A DNA stretch of 64,000 nucleotides, taken from IMG/VR virus record IMGVR_UViG_2907227753_000005. The stretch is one strand, 5' to 3'. A program made the translations under genes and the position numbers. Source of the DNA: a virus (lineage: Duplodnaviria; Heunggongvirae; Uroviricota; Caudoviricetes). This document shows positions 46,538-55,648 of the stretch, piece after piece (the first letter of the stretch is position 1; each line of letters starts with the position of its first letter). The notes beneath the pieces were generated by a model. That model was not told the origin of the DNA. It ran no database searches and worked only from the letters and a program-made list of their open reading frames with translations.

Positions 46538-47467
46538 ATGAGTGAAAGAGTAGTGTTACAGAGCAGAATCAACGTGGGTACATACGAAGGCAAGCGGTTA
46601 TCGGTGGAAGCAGTCATCAAGCTGAAGACTTCCTCCCGTGAGACCACGACTCATAAGCACATCAAAGAGTACTACACGCTGTCCATCACGGGTAGCTACA
46701 ACGGCGGTGGCGGTCAGTGCATTGATGCCCTGAAGAAGTTGGATTCGGTAGAAATACCTGAACAGGACTTGAAAGACCTAATCGAGATTTGGGAACGGTA
46801 CCACCTGAACGATCTGACAGCCCGATGTGAACATCATACACCAATCCCCGTCAGACATGACGACCCTGAGTACGATCACTACGTATGGTTGAGTGGTAAG
46901 CAGTGCCCTAACGGGTACAGGTACGGATCATCTTGGTTGATCACTGAGCTTCCACAAGAGGTTATCGACCGAGTGGAAGAAATCTTCACATCCCAACCAA
47001 AAGCCCCGTCGATCACCGAGGAATGGGAGTTGACCATGAACGGTAACCGTGGTGAGCTGACTGTTGGCGACATCCAAGTGACCGTGGATTATGTAGGTAA
47101 GACCAACCCTATCAAGGTATGGGGCGCATCTCACAAGGACATTGACTACAAGACGATTTACCAGTACCTCGTGACCTGCATCCACAAAGGGACGCACAAG
47201 ACTATGAGCTTTGACTTCTTCGACAGCATCGACAACTCCAAGAAGCCGCCGTTCGCTCCTAGCCTGGGCTATTCGGTTATGTGCTGTATCCGCAGTGATT
47301 CATTCACAACGTCAGCCAACTATCCTACCCTTGAGAGCTTCTGCTCCGAATTTGGGTACGATGCTGATAGCCGCAAAGCCGAGAAAACTTACACGGCTTG
47401 CATTGAGCAAGGTGACAAAATAAGCAAGGTATTCGATGCAGAACTGATCGAAACCCTCCCGCAGTAA
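46538..47467 (+). CDS. Hypothetical protein (about 310 aa from MSERVVLQ; the ORF track starts at 46472)
   Basis: The internal ATG has a better context. GGGGQC motif. Confidence 0.5.
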   Translation: MSERVVLQSRINVGTYEGKRLSVEAVIKLKTSSRETTTHKHIKEYYTLSITGSYNGGGGQCIDALKKLDSVEIPEQDLKDLIEIWERYHLNDLTARCEHHTPIPVRHDDPEYDHYVWLSGKQCPNGYRYGSSWLITELPQEVIDRVEEIFTSQPKAPSITEEWELTMNGNRGELTVGDIQVTVDYVGKTNPIKVWGASHKDIDYKTIYQYLVTCIHKGTHKTMSFDFFDSIDNSKKPPFAPSLGYSVMCCIRSDSFTTSANYPTLESFCSEFGYDADSRKAEKTYTACIEQGDKISKVFDAELIETLPQ

Positions 47468-47475
47468 AGGGAGGA

Positions 47476-48210
47476 TTGACCGATATGGATTCAGCAGCCT
47501 ATGATAAAGTTGTGATCGAAGGTCGGTACGCTGACGAGTTATGTCAGCGTTTCGACATGATGGATAATGCCACTGGAAGCATGTTAGCACTGATGGGGTT
47601 TGTAAGTGACTTCAGGTTCCCCTTGATGAGGGGCATCCTACTTCTTGAGTACGGCGGTACAGGTGATGTGGTCATCACATTCAACCTTGACGATGACCGA
47701 ACAGGTAGCGGTCATTACAAGATGAATAGCGGGATTGAATGGAGAGTTCAGGGTACCAAGATAACCCTCCTCTCCGATCCCCCTAACCCCGCTGATCGGA
47801 AGAAGGTTACTGAGATCGCTCAGTACTTCACCAACGTGTTCAAGGCAGTCATGCAACGTATGACAAGACGTAAGGATGAAGTTGTGAAGGAGGAACGCCG
47901 CATACCCAAGGTCAAGAAGGGTAAGGTCAAGCACGGTAAGAAACAGAAGAACCGAACGGTATACGTTAGGCAGACCGTCTACAAGGTATCCTCCCCTACC
48001 CCATCCCCTACTATAGAAGAAGGAGAACGTGAGAAGCGTGACTATGAGCGGCAAACGTTCAGATGGACAAGGGCAGGACATCACCGCCGACTACGCAACG
48101 GCGAGGTTAGATGGTTCCCTGAGAAGGAGATTGTTCTTGATCCTAACGCAGTGAAGGAAAGTAAGACCTACAAAATACAGAAAGGTGAAGGTGAACAGAA
48201 TGACGGTTAA
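47476..48210 (+). CDS. Hypothetical protein with a Lys-rich basic segment (244 aa)
   Basis: KVKKGKVKHGKKQKNR stretch. It overlaps the next gene. Confidence 0.5.
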   Translation: MTDMDSAAYDKVVIEGRYADELCQRFDMMDNATGSMLALMGFVSDFRFPLMRGILLLEYGGTGDVVITFNLDDDRTGSGHYKMNSGIEWRVQGTKITLLSDPPNPADRKKVTEIAQYFTNVFKAVMQRMTRRKDEVVKEERRIPKVKKGKVKHGKKQKNRTVYVRQTVYKVSSPTPSPTIEEGEREKRDYERQTFRWTRAGHHRRLRNGEVRWFPEKEIVLDPNAVKESKTYKIQKGEGEQNDG

Positions 48211-48655
48211 ACGTAACGAACTGGCAGAAAAGTATGAGAAGGTTGAGGGTACCATCATGGTACCTATCAAGTACACCCTGGATGACTTGGAAGGTCTCCT
48301 TATTAGTGCATGGGAAGGTGGAAGTACATATTGGGTCGGCAAGGTTGAGGTGAATCACCCTAAAGTAGCTAAGCAGGTTGCTTATGACGCTGACTGGGCT
48401 ACCTCTGAGTGGGCTTTCAACGCACTTGTTGAGGGTGGTAGCATCTATGTCGAAGACAACGAGGGTGGAGAATACAAGGGCACCATCACCTTGGAAAGCT
48501 TTAAGAAAGGCTTTGAGAAGTTCGTCGCTCACCGTGCTAACCAAAGCGCACTGAACTTTATCTACAACGGCAGTATTGACGGTGGTCAACTCGATGCAGG
48601 TGATGCTGATGGAGTATTCCAGTACGCGGCATTCGGAGAGTGGGTGTTCGGATGA
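48185..48655 (+). CDS. Hypothetical protein (156 aa)
   Basis: Coupled to its neighbours. Confidence 0.5.
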   Translation: MKVNRMTVKRNELAEKYEKVEGTIMVPIKYTLDDLEGLLISAWEGGSTYWVGKVEVNHPKVAKQVAYDADWATSEWAFNALVEGGSIYVEDNEGGEYKGTITLESFKKGFEKFVAHRANQSALNFIYNGSIDGGQLDAGDADGVFQYAAFGEWVFG

Positions 48656-48861
48656 TTAAAGGTATTCACCTGGGTAAGAATGTTGGGCTAGAGGGTATTA
48701 AAGAGGTCTACCATGTAGAGGTCGCTGTCACTGATAACGGGACGGTTAACTTCTTCCTGTTCAAGGACGGTCATCCCCTCTCCCCCGCCGAGATGTCCCC
48801 TGAGGAAAAAGAGTTCTTGAAGGGTGAACTGAAGTCTGTCGTAGACGATATGCTTAACTAA
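48640..48861 (+). CDS. Small hypothetical protein (73 aa)
   Basis: Overlaps the previous stop. Confidence 0.4.
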   Translation: MGVRMIKGIHLGKNVGLEGIKEVYHVEVAVTDNGTVNFFLFKDGHPLSPAEMSPEEKEFLKGELKSVVDDMLN

Positions 48862-48985
48862 ATAGATGCTGATAGAGAGACCCATCCTAGCATACCTGGA
48901 TGGGTCTTTCGCTTGAGCACCTATAGAGTGCTACTTAACATACCCTCCCCTATACCGTATAGAGAGGGTAAAGGAGATGACTTTA

Positions 48986-50010
48986 TGCAACACACAAAAG
49001 AAAGCATCAAGGAAATGATTATTGGAACTGGTATTCTTCAGGTTACCACCCGTGACGGTGAGGATTTTGCCATCGTGGACGGTTACCCTGATATTGACCG
49101 CTGTTTGTATATGATCGCTGAAGCACTGGCACCTGAATCCATTCAGGAATACCGTGACTTCCACGACCCAATCAACAATCACCAACTGATCCAAGGTGAC
49201 CGACTGGTGACATACGGTAGCCTAGCCTATGCAGGGTGCGCTGTACCTGAGGTTCTTGAGGTAGCCCTTGAGAAGGCAGGGATTGAGGACATATGGTTCG
49301 AGAATATCGTTATGGAATACGGGTTCTCAGATCAGTATTGCCTATGTGGGGGTTGTAGTAAACCCATCTGCCACTTCCCTTCTTCAGGCTCCCCCGACAC
49401 CCACTACCACAACAACGGCGAGGTGGTGTGCGTCGATTGCTTCAAGAGTAACGGTCTGAAGGATGAGTACCTAGAAACCTGCATCAACAACCCTCGGAAC
49501 GCAGTACAGTTCGGTCTTGTATCCTTTGATGAGCTGTACGCCGAGGGCTTTGAGAAGCATCACCAATCGCCCTACCACAATGGTCTCCATAAGGGTATGA
49601 ATGACGTACCTGAGGAGGTACTGAAGAAACTGAACGAAGAAGGTTTCGATGAGGTGCTGTTCACCTTGGACGAGAACACCTCATTCCACATGACCTTTAG
49701 TGCCTGGGTACGCCGAAAGGAAAGCATCGAAGGAAAGGCAGTGATCAGTCCAGAGCTTAGGGATGAGATTATAGAAACAGCAAGTAGAGAACTAATCCTC
49801 TACGATGTTTATGAGGGCGTTTTAAACGACAGCTTTATTCTGTATGGTGCTAAAAAGATTGCAATCGAAGGTATAAACCCCACTGAGTATATTGTACTGC
49901 ACAATAAGTACGTCAATGTATGGACAAGCGAAACAGAATTAATTGCAACGAACGATATTCAAATCGTTAACAGCTATAAAGAGCTGTTCGGAGAGGGTGA
50001 GGAACAATGA
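48986..50010 (+). CDS. Hypothetical Cys-rich protein (about 341 aa from MQHTKE; the ORF track starts at 48913)
   Basis: RBS aaaggaga. CxxC pairs (CLCGGC...CHF, CVDC). Confidence 0.5.
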
Positions 50011-50333
50011 TCGGACGGTTTGAACGGGTCGTAGTTATCTTTGGTGGTAGGGACGAGAACTTCAGAACCTTTGAAGGTGGTAAGTTTGAAGCACGTACCT
50101 ATGAGGAGATGGAGGAGATCGAGCGTAAGTTTGATGCACTCGACCACCGCTCCACCTACTGGCAGATGTTTAAGGACAAGTACGTTAAGTGCTCATGCGG
50201 TGAGGAAGTACCTTGTGGTCGCTTCACCAACACATGCGAATGTGGTAGAGACTACGGCTTCGACGGTAGCCTGTTGGCTGATCGCTCCCAATGGGGCGAG
50301 GAAACTGGCGAACACTGGACGGAGGGTTACTGA
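50007..50333 (+). CDS. Small Zn-binding protein (108 aa)
   Basis: CSCG...PCGRF...CECG motifs. Confidence 0.45.
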   Translation: MIGRFERVVVIFGGRDENFRTFEGGKFEARTYEEMEEIERKFDALDHRSTYWQMFKDKYVKCSCGEEVPCGRFTNTCECGRDYGFDGSLLADRSQWGEETGEHWTEGY

Positions 50334-50554
50334 TGCAACGTCAAAGCCTTAATACGTGGAAGACCATATTCAAGAACCTTGCTGAAGACGATCAGGAAGT
50401 CGAAGTAACATGGCTAGACCCTGGGGATGCAAGTGCGGGTGAGTGGTGCTTACACTGGGAGAACGAGCTGTTCGAGGATGGCTTCGCTACCGAGAAGGAA
50501 GCAAATGAGCGGTTGAAACACCTACAAAAACAATTACTGGTGATGGAGGGGTAA
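50333..50554 (+). CDS. Small hypothetical protein (about 73 aa from MQRQSL)
   Basis: RBS ggaggg then an ATGA-coupled start. Confidence 0.4.
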   Translation: MQRQSLNTWKTIFKNLAEDDQEVEVTWLDPGDASAGEWCLHWENELFEDGFATEKEANERLKHLQKQLLVMEG

Positions 50555-50556
50555 AC

Positions 50557-50712
50557 ATGTTCAACGTAGTTATCAAAGCATGGAAGAACGACGAGGTGAT
50601 CGAGACGATTACCAAAGAGCCTGTATCGGAGCGTTCCGCTGAACGTATCGAGAGAGGGGTTAACATCAATCTGAACCACGATGAGTATTACACAGAAGTG
50701 GTACCTGCATAG
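50557..50712 (+). CDS. Small hypothetical protein (51 aa; below the ORF-track cutoff)
   Basis: ggaggggtaaacATG with a 51-codon open frame. Confidence 0.3.
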   Translation: MFNVVIKAWKNDEVIETITKEPVSERSAERIERGVNINLNHDEYYTEVVPA

Positions 50713-50832
50713 ACCCTGCTAGGACAGCTCACCTTCGGGTGGGCTTTTCAATGGAGCGGTCTATAAGGGCTGTAGAAGGGACACCCCACCTTCGGGGTGG
50801 ACACCCTCCCTTCAAAGGGGGTGACCTGGAAA

Positions 50833-51020
50833 TGGACATCTTCTTCGCTACAGCCTTAGCGGTGTTGGGATTCGTTCTTGCTAGTTTAGGAATTATCAAT
50901 CGCATTCTTAAAAAGCTTAACGAGTCCGTTCGCCTGTTGAGTAAGCTGAGGACTTCCCTTCGCTTGTTCAACAAAAAGAAAAAGGACAAAGCCGATTCCC
51001 TCCCCCGCCAAGGTTCGTGA
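50833..51020 (+). CDS. Small membrane protein (62 aa: one TM helix plus a basic tail); toxin- or holin-like moron candidate
   Basis: MDIFFATALAVLGFVLASLGII then a Lys/Arg-rich tail. It is bracketed by clusters of GC-rich hairpins. Confidence 0.4.
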
Positions 51021-51143
51021 GTCGATTAAGTCCCTTTCAGGGAGGAACAAGTTCGCCGCTTGTTCCTTCCCTTCTACGGTCTATTATAGCCGCTCTGCTT
51101 TACAACATCAAGTGCCGACGAGCACTAATCAGGAGGAACTAAC

Positions 51144-51677
51144 ATGGAAGAGAATATCAACTTTGAACTGAAAGTAATTAACCCTATCGAGGAGATCATT
51201 ACCGTATCCGCATCCGTTGACTCAGGGTGGTCGGGTGGTCGCTATCAGGTATCACTGTCTTACAACCCTGCACGTAAGGTTTTCATTGTATCCGCTCCAA
51301 ACTACTGGGTGTCCATGGAAACTACCAAACCACATAAATGTGCCAACAAGATCAGTGAGCATGGTATCAGTAGAAATGACGCATTGACGATTGAAGCTAT
51401 CGTCAATCAGCTCCTCCTCCCTGCCCTTCGCAAGAAGATGGATGCGGCTGAGGAGTTTGAGAACCATGTGTACTCCCATTCGGTCATGGGGTACGTCCGT
51501 CAGAACCTTGACCTTGAAGCTAATGATGACTCTAAGGACATGGAGATCGCTCAGATGTCCCGTAACGAGGTGTTCGACCGTGTGCTTGAATGGAATGGAT
51601 TCATAGGGTACGGAAGCACGGTTCGTGACTGGGTTGAAGGTGTATACGGTGTGAAGCTCAGCAAGATTCGTATGTAA
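51144..51677 (+). CDS. Hypothetical protein (177 aa)
   Basis: RBS aggagg. Confidence 0.55.
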   Translation: MEENINFELKVINPIEEIITVSASVDSGWSGGRYQVSLSYNPARKVFIVSAPNYWVSMETTKPHKCANKISEHGISRNDALTIEAIVNQLLLPALRKKMDAAEEFENHVYSHSVMGYVRQNLDLEANDDSKDMEIAQMSRNEVFDRVLEWNGFIGYGSTVRDWVEGVYGVKLSKIRM

Positions 51678-51685
51678 TTTGTCCC

Positions 51686-51745
51686 CTGCTCCCGCCTATC
51701 ACCTTCGGGTGGTGGACGGCATGGAGGGTACAACGCCCTACCCTA
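51686..51745 (+). promoter_or_regulatory. Conserved composite intergenic element, diverged copy with a UUCG-tetraloop hairpin
   Basis: cctgctcccgcctatc-accttcgggtg-gtggacggcatggagggtac...gtgccatcgagcac, upstream of 51778. Confidence 0.5.
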
Positions 51746-51777
51746 TAGTGCCATCGAGCACAGAAAGAGGTTACATC

Positions 51778-52716
51778 ATGAGTTTTTCCAAAATTGATAC
51801 TGCACAAAACGAACTTATCAACCTGATCCCTAAGGAAGCTAAGGAGACCCGAGAGAACCTGCTTGCAGTGATTAGCAACATTCGGGTCATTCAAAAGGAC
51901 AACATCCTTGCCTGGATTCCCATAAGTCACATCAACGAGGAATCCGTTGACCTGAGTGAGTTTCGTTACATTGATGACTATGAGATCGTTACGGGTTCGC
52001 ATACTGCACTCGACAATACCATGTGGCGTTCTGAGGAAGCGTACCGTGAACACCTTGAGAAGATTTCTGAAAGGAAATTTGTTGTAGGTTCCTACTGGAA
52101 AGTAGCTGACGTGAATAACGAGTATGACTCATTAGAGTTCGGTTCTATGGGTGACGCTGAAGACCACCTCGAAACCCTTGTAAACGGTGGGGTGGATCGG
52201 GAGCTTCTATTCGTAGAGGAGAAGTGGTGTATACTTACAATGTCAGGTGACAATTACGACCAGGAAGAAGATCGTAACGGCGAGTATACCTACGAGTCGG
52301 AAGCTGAGAGTGACATCGAAGACTGCCGCGTCGAGTGGATTGACGAACAGGTTAGAGACCTTGGAGATTTCGAGTACGATGAGGTCATGGAGAATACAGT
52401 CTTCCGTTACGGTCACAAGAGATCGGTTAACCACGATCTAGCTCAAGACCTGGGAATGGCTGTCGTAAGGTTCGATAGAGGTGAGCACGAAGGTTATGAG
52501 TACATCGTAGTTAAAGGAACGGGAACGGATTCGACCCCTGCCTACGTATGCTACCAAGCCATTGAGTTCGGTCACGTCAGTGAGAACGATGCTCGTTGGT
52601 TCACAGAACATAAAAAGGAGTTCTTCATCGACGTTGTAGGACAGGAATTGTATGAGATGGCTATGAAAGCACTGAACCTTGAGCGATTCATAGAGGGGGC
52701 TACCGATACGCCATGA
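51778..52716 (+). CDS. Highly acidic hypothetical protein (about 312 aa from MSFSKI; the ORF track starts at 51679); DNA-mimic candidate
   Basis: Asp/Glu-rich throughout (EEDRNGEYTYESEAESDIED...). RBS gaaagagg. Confidence 0.5.
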   Translation: MSFSKIDTAQNELINLIPKEAKETRENLLAVISNIRVIQKDNILAWIPISHINEESVDLSEFRYIDDYEIVTGSHTALDNTMWRSEEAYREHLEKISERKFVVGSYWKVADVNNEYDSLEFGSMGDAEDHLETLVNGGVDRELLFVEEKWCILTMSGDNYDQEEDRNGEYTYESEAESDIEDCRVEWIDEQVRDLGDFEYDEVMENTVFRYGHKRSVNHDLAQDLGMAVVRFDRGEHEGYEYIVVKGTGTDSTPAYVCYQAIEFGHVSENDARWFTEHKKEFFIDVVGQELYEMAMKALNLERFIEGATDTP

Positions 52717-52904
52717 ACATGAAGAAGTGTGATGGTTGTTTCAAGGAATCCTTTAGCTCCTGCGGCAATGGACAACAATGGACTTGCCCACACTGCAACA
52801 AGGACATTACACACGTAAAGGTGCAACTCCCACCACAGGTTAAATCCTCTGAGAGGATGCGGTTAGATGCAAAATACAAGTACGAGCCTTATACAGACAA
52901 ATGA
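52713..52904 (+). CDS. Small Zn-ribbon protein (63 aa)
   Basis: CDGC...CPHC. Confidence 0.4.
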   Translation: MNMKKCDGCFKESFSSCGNGQQWTCPHCNKDITHVKVQLPPQVKSSERMRLDAKYKYEPYTDK

Positions 52905-52948
52905 CAAAGAAATTAACAAGCGGCTTAACTATCAGGAGGTTGTTTCGT

Positions 52949-53128
52949 ATGAATAAAGTAGGCGTTATGGATGCGATCATGGAGCAGTTCGGGGTTGAAT
53001 ACGGAGACATCTTTATGGATGATGACGGTACGTTCGAGCTGAACGACGATGAACAGCGTTATCGGTACATAGAGTTACCTGGGGAGACACAGAACGAGTT
53101 CCAATACGCGTTCCATAAGGTAGATTAG
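52949..53128 (+). CDS. Small acidic protein (about 60 aa from MNKVGV; the ORF track starts at 52901)
   Basis: RBS caggagg upstream of the internal ATG. Confidence 0.4.
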   Translation: MNKVGVMDAIMEQFGVEYGDIFMDDDGTFELNDDEQRYRYIELPGETQNEFQYAFHKVD

Positions 53129-53132
53129 GACA

Positions 53133-53200
53133 CTCCCACCCTGCCACTGGACATCAGACGGTGGCAGTAGGGAGTGCCCTAGTGTACCCTGGTGGCACAA
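53133..53200 (+). promoter_or_regulatory. Conserved composite intergenic element, diverged copy
   Basis: gacactcccaccctgcc-actggacatcagacggtggcag-tagggagtgccctagtg, upstream of the DnaD-like gene. Confidence 0.45.
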
Positions 53201-53240
53201 CCCATCCACGCCACAAAAACAATGGAGAGGAGTTTTAATC

Positions 53241-53780
53241 GTGATTGAGAATGTGGCAGTGTCACTAAAAGAGTATTATGAGGAAAGATATGGAAAACCT
53301 AACGGGGATAGGGAAACATTAGACGTGCTTTATGACATATTCAAAGACCTAATGCACTATAATTTCGTCACTGCTGAAGTTAAGGAGGGAATCAGCGAGT
53401 ACTACAGACTGATTCAAAACAGGGGATTACCTGCTTACGAGTGGATTCTTGAAGCCTTCCACGTAGTATCCAAGAAAAGTGTCGAAAAGAGAAACTTTCC
53501 ATATGTCATCGGAATGTTAAGAGGTTGGTTAAAATTCGGGTTTGGTCACATCCCCTCCCAAGAGGAGGAGGAAATCGTAGACTACTTCCAAGAGGTTACT
53601 TGCACAGAAGTCTCTAGCGATACGAGACAGTTGTTGCAGAACTTGATGGGCAGGTACGGAGTCCTTAGAATGACTAGAATGATCTCCTCCCTCCCGAAAG
53701 AAAAAGACAACCTAGACCTTTCCAAGGTCATGGCTGTAAAGTTGTCAGAACTTCTTGAGAGCAAGTATTTAGATAAGTGA
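53241..53780 (+). CDS. DnaD-domain-like replication or primosome organiser protein (179 aa, GTG start)
   Basis: FPYVIGMLRGWLKFG matches the conserved YxxxIxxxW C-terminal DnaD-domain motif. RBS ggagaggag. Confidence 0.5.
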   Translation: MIENVAVSLKEYYEERYGKPNGDRETLDVLYDIFKDLMHYNFVTAEVKEGISEYYRLIQNRGLPAYEWILEAFHVVSKKSVEKRNFPYVIGMLRGWLKFGFGHIPSQEEEEIVDYFQEVTCTEVSSDTRQLLQNLMGRYGVLRMTRMISSLPKEKDNLDLSKVMAVKLSELLESKYLDK

Positions 53781-53851
53781 ATCAGTAACCACCAACCCCT
53801 CTCCTATCCGAGGGGTTTCTTGTGGTGTGAGATCAAGGGGGAGTTTTACGA

Positions 53852-54034
53852 ATGAAAAGCTCACGAAGACCTTCTAATGAACTAACCGACTTCGAGTTGT
53901 TGCAAGAGGTCGATCAGTTTATACTAGACGCTAAGGCATTAATTGGGAAGGGGGTGAGCGCGAGTGCGGATATTAAAGGCACTCAAGCGACTCGTAAGGT
54001 CGAACTCAAAAGAAAAGATTTGGAATCAGCATAG
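53852..54034 (+). CDS. Small hypothetical protein (60 aa)
   Basis: RBS agggggag. Confidence 0.35.
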   Translation: MKSSRRPSNELTDFELLQEVDQFILDAKALIGKGVSASADIKGTQATRKVELKRKDLESA

Positions 54035-54311
54035 GTGTCCTCATTGTAATCATCTGCTGTTCGAGAAAACAAATGATTTTGTGATTGGCTCAGTGAGGGT
54101 CAAGTGTCGGAAGTGTAAGAACATTGTGCATGAGTAGTTTTGACTCTTAGACTTTTGGGGGGAAGAAATAACGGAAATACTTAGAGAAGTCTTCTTGATA
54201 ATTTCCCCCACTTGTCTTATTATTGTGAGATAACTCCTCAGCTTACACATTCAGACCGCCGTTGGAGAGGAGCCAAATTTAGAGATCATTTAACAGTCGG
54301 AGGTTATTTTT

Positions 54312-54578
54312 ATGACGTATTCAAAAAGCCAAATGGACGCTATTGCTCAACACCTTAGAGATAGGTTTGTGGCAGGTGAAGTCGAGGGTCATGAGATCGT
54401 GGTAGCTCTAATAAGTATGGTTAAAGCTGATCGAATTTTATTAGATGATGTTGCACCTATTTTGTATACAGTATATTTTGGTAACCCACAAGGCGTTATG
54501 GTTGCTCTTGAAAAAGCTCACACTTTAATTGATGAAGAAATGATTGATTCAATAATAAAGGAAGTTAATGATAAATAA
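54312..54578 (+). CDS. Hypothetical protein (88 aa) inside a low-GC island
   Basis: RBS ggaggt. Markedly AT-rich codon usage. Confidence 0.45.
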   Translation: MTYSKSQMDAIAQHLRDRFVAGEVEGHEIVVALISMVKADRILLDDVAPILYTVYFGNPQGVMVALEKAHTLIDEEMIDSIIKEVNDK

Positions 54579-54665
54579 AAACCTACTAATATAACAATTA
54601 AAATAACATATTAATACTACTGTCTCTTTATTGAATTGAATTTCTACATAGAGAGAGGAGACAAA

Positions 54666-54866
54666 ATGAGAGAGTTTTACAGTAAGTTCTTCTTAGTCAG
54701 TCTAGCTTGTTTCCTTATTTTAGGTATCATAATTTTCTTTGATAATTCATTTATGCAAATGCTCCGCGTTATTTTCCACCTCTCCCTGGTTATCCTAGTA
54801 ATAGGAATTATCGGTTGGCACGAGAATAGGAGAAAGCGGAAGGAGCAAAATATATGGAAAACGTAA
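54666..54866 (+). CDS. Small two-TM membrane protein (about 66 aa from MREFYS)
   Basis: RBS gagaggag. Two hydrophobic helices. Confidence 0.4.
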   Translation: MREFYSKFFLVSLACFLILGIIIFFDNSFMQMLRVIFHLSLVILVIGIIGWHENRRKRKEQNIWKT

Positions 54867-55090
54867 ATAAGGCAGTTATGTTCTTGGCTGTAATTGAAAC
54901 AATGCTTGAAGCTTTGAAAGGTTTGCCTGTTGACCAAACTGAATTGGTCGATTCTTTAGCTATGTTAGGCTTTAACCCTACTGAAATCATGTATGAAACA
55001 CAGACGCTCGTGGCTTTTCAGAAAGTTTGTAGAGGTTTCGCTGAGATTGAACTTACTGAGGATGACTTATCAGCACTAGAGCAGGGGTAA
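54854..55090 (+). CDS. Small hypothetical protein (78 aa)
   Basis: Overlapping start. Confidence 0.4.
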   Translation: MENVNKAVMFLAVIETMLEALKGLPVDQTELVDSLAMLGFNPTEIMYETQTLVAFQKVCRGFAEIELTEDDLSALEQG

Positions 55091-55094
55091 CGTC

Positions 55095-55583
55095 ATGCAG
55101 TCATTGAAGCTTCTATCCACTTATGCACGAAACGGGGTAGTCATCCTTAGTAAGCTCAAATCGCGGAATTATCCACTCTACTTGTATCTGAAGTCCAATC
55201 TCGGGCAACTTACTCCCGCCCTAACCGCTCAAGGTGTGGGGGTACTCGATGACTTAAAAACACTTAAGGAGCCTGAAAAGATCAGGCTGTTTTTGCAATA
55301 TCACTATGGCGAGACCGTTGACCTTTCAGAAGTTAGGCAGATTCACAGGACGGTCTATAACTACCTCTTAGGATATGGAAAGCCCCGAGAGGTAGTCGAG
55401 GGTTTGGGCTTTAATGTAGAGTACCAATCCCATACCCCCAACTTAGAAAAAGACCTGGGTAATTTAAGAGATTCTGATGGGAACTTCCCTCCTCTCCCCC
55501 AGTCCACATACAATAAAGTCTATTACCGAGCTAAGAAGCAAGGTATTGACGTAAAACACTACCTCAAGTCTTTAGGGACTTGA
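55095..55583 (+). CDS. Hypothetical protein (162 aa)
   Basis: Clean ORF. Confidence 0.5.
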   Translation: MQSLKLLSTYARNGVVILSKLKSRNYPLYLYLKSNLGQLTPALTAQGVGVLDDLKTLKEPEKIRLFLQYHYGETVDLSEVRQIHRTVYNYLLGYGKPREVVEGLGFNVEYQSHTPNLEKDLGNLRDSDGNFPPLPQSTYNKVYYRAKKQGIDVKHYLKSLGT

Positions 55584-55648
55584 GGTTATTTTTTTAGGAG
55601 GTGGTTACTTAACAGCCTTACTCTCAAATCGTATAGATCAACTAGGAG

